This document shows positions 36,583 through 38,304 of a stretch of DNA of 38,304 bases, in pieces. Numbering within the stretch: position 1 is the stretch's first letter; each line of letters begins with the position of its first letter. A program made the position numbers and the translations under genes. Under the pieces are notes generated by a model, which saw only the letters and a list, made by a program, of their open reading frames with translations, was not told where the DNA came from and did no database searches. This DNA comes from Synechococcus sp. GTDB lineage: Bacteria; Cyanobacteriota; Cyanobacteriia; Thermostichales; PCC-7336. Where the stretch lies: positions 1-38,304 of the forward strand of contig JBFRWD010000124.1 in NCBI GenBank assembly GCA_051439425.1. Reading direction: 5' to 3'.

Positions 36583-37526
36583 TGATGGCGACTGATGTTA
36601 AAGCCCAGTCGTACAGCTTGGAGGTGCCGGAATCGGGGCAGGGGGAACGGATCGATCGCTGGGTGGCCTCACAGTTAGAGCTATCCAGATCGCGGGTGCA
36701 AAGCTTGATCGGACACGGCCAAGTGGAACTCAACCAGGGGTTGTGTACCGACAAGAAAACTCTGCTGCAGTCAGGCGATCGCGTTCATTTGATGGTGCCC
36801 CCGCCGCTCGAAGTGGATTTGTCCCCCGAAGATATCCCGCTCGACATCTTGTACGAAGACGACGAACTATTGGTGGTCAATAAGCCCAAAGGCATGGTGG
36901 TTCATCCCAGTGCCGGACATTCCTCGGGGACTTTGGTGAATGCCTTATTGGCCCACTGTCAGCGATTGTCGGGCATCAATGGCGAACAGCGACCCGGCAT
37001 CGTGCATCGCCTGGATAAAGATACAAGTGGAGCACTGGTCGTGGCTAAGAGCGATCGGGCTCATCAACACCTCCAAGCTCAGATCCAAGCCAAAACCGCC
37101 CGCCGCGAGTACCTGGCGATTGTGTTCGGACGTCCGAAAACCCAGTCGGGTACGGTAGATGCCCCAGTCGGTCGCCATCCTGTGGAGCGTAAGAAAATGG
37201 CTGTGGTTCCGCTGGACAAGGGCAAACATGCGGTGACCCACTGGCAACTGAGTGAACCCCTCGGCAATTACAGCCTGATGGCCTACCGTCTGGACACCGG
37301 CAGAACCCACCAGATTCGCGTTCACAGTGCCCATATTGGGCATCCGATTGTAGGAGATCCGGTCTATACCCACAGCCGCCAGTCTCCCGTTAATCTCAAC
37401 GGTCAAGCCTTACATGCCTGGAAGCTTACCTTCCAGCATCCGGTTACCCATTCAACGATCGCGACAGAAGCTCCGCTCCCCGATGAATTTCAGAGACTGC
37501 TGCACAAGTTGCGCTCGCAGGCCTGA
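36582..37526 (+). CDS. RluA-family (RluD-like) pseudouridine synthase
   Basis: S4 domain RIDRWV..SRSRVQ, VNKPKGMVVHP, catalytic HRLDKDTSG, TGRTHQIRVH and QALHA. Confidence 0.94.
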   Translation: MMATDVKAQSYSLEVPESGQGERIDRWVASQLELSRSRVQSLIGHGQVELNQGLCTDKKTLLQSGDRVHLMVPPPLEVDLSPEDIPLDILYEDDELLVVNKPKGMVVHPSAGHSSGTLVNALLAHCQRLSGINGEQRPGIVHRLDKDTSGALVVAKSDRAHQHLQAQIQAKTARREYLAIVFGRPKTQSGTVDAPVGRHPVERKKMAVVPLDKGKHAVTHWQLSEPLGNYSLMAYRLDTGRTHQIRVHSAHIGHPIVGDPVYTHSRQSPVNLNGQALHAWKLTFQHPVTHSTIATEAPLPDEFQRLLHKLRSQA

Positions 37527-37698
37527 CCAACACATCGTTAATCAATCAATAGCAATCCGCTGTAAGGTCTGGAGTGTGGAGACAGCTGAAAGTCTTTTGA
37601 TACATAGGAAAAATGGTTCGGGTCTCCATAGCGGATTGCCGAATGCTATGTTTTTCGTTTTGTTGGTCATAGCGAGCCGCGTTACAGGCCCGCAGCAA

Positions 37699-38304
37699 CT
37701 AGCGGGTAAACACCCCACCTGCCACATTGAGATCGAACGTGAAGTGAATATCCACTGATTGGCCGGTGAAAGCTGCCGGTAGTGCTTCCAGAGGAGAGGC
37801 TTGTTGAATGGCTGATAATGCTGCTGAATCGGTTTGTTGATTGCCGGATGATGCCGCCAACCGAACGTTAGACACCGATCCGTTTCGGTTAATCGTGAAC
37901 GTGACAACGCTACGGCGAGAGGTATTGGACTGGCCGGGAATCCAGCGCCGTTCAACCCGCTGTTGCAATCGAGCCAGGTATGGCCCCCAATCCAAATTGG
38001 CAGTGGCTGCCACACTAGGTGCGCCAGGACCGGATCGGCTGGGATTGGTCAAACCCGATGCACTGTTAGAAGATACTGGGCCACCAAGCTGAGATGCAGA
38101 AGACTGGCGAGTGGGAGCTGGGCGAGTTGGGGTGGGCTGTCGGGGAATGGGCTGTGGCAGGGCCGCTAGTTGATCGACACTGGATTCGCGTGTGTGGGGA
38201 GCAGGTGTCGATATCGGAGGTGGGGTGGGCCGATGAGTCGCTACCGGAGTTGGAGCCGGGGCGGGGGGGGCTATCGGAACTGGGGCTTGCTGGGGAATGG
38301 GGTC
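37699..38304 (-). CDS. TonB/TolA C-terminal domain protein with Pro-rich linker (5' part outside window)
   Basis: Frame is open to the window end (DPIPQQAPVPIAPPAPAP...). WGPYLARLQQRVERRW, VTFTINRNG, SSGNQQTDSAALSAI..ASP..ALP and IHFTF. Confidence 0.85.
   Translation of the reverse strand, partial: DPIPQQAPVPIAPPAPAPTPVATHRPTPPPISTPAPHTRESSVDQLAALPQPIPRQPTPTRPAPTRQSSASQLGGPVSSNSASGLTNPSRSGPGAPSVAATANLDWGPYLARLQQRVERRWIPGQSNTSRRSVVTFTINRNGSVSNVRLAASSGNQQTDSAALSAIQQASPLEALPAAFTGQSVDIHFTFDLNVAGGVFTR

Overview
Cyanobacterial chromosomal window. The evidence is abundant HIP1 octamers (GCGATCGC), cyanobacterial marker families (Tab2, DUF1823, BT1, AvtA) and a cyanobacterial-type RNase P RNA; the exact taxon cannot be fixed from this sequence alone. 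It is mostly housekeeping DNA: an RND pump (5' truncated), ABC exporter, TIR-TPR protein, folate/biopterin carrier, NurA, fructosamine kinase, YebC, trnW-secE-nusG-rplK-rplA, rnpB, purK, coaE, a His-tailed ferrochelatase paralog, aroB, MATE, avtA, an RluA-family synthase and a TonB-like fragment. Two accessory tracts stand out. The first is a low-GC P-loop ATPase followed by a probable decayed partner gene (13.0-14.6 kb). The second is a ~8 kb block (24.9-33.1 kb) containing a 1310-aa RTX/beta-helix surface protein with Gly-Tyr loops, a sulfotransferase, a ParB/Srx-like protein and two tandem GT2s; this is my best candidate for an undescribed system (surface-protein or glycan modification). 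Non-coding oddities are a GC hairpin cluster at the centre of a ~1 kb strand-asymmetric zone, two extra elements in RNase P RNA, a 70-bp-period duplication after rnpB, a possible switchable leader before the chelatase and a triplicated RBS/uORF before rluA. No CRISPR array, transposase, integrase or rRNA was seen. Family assignments are from motif recognition, not database searches.
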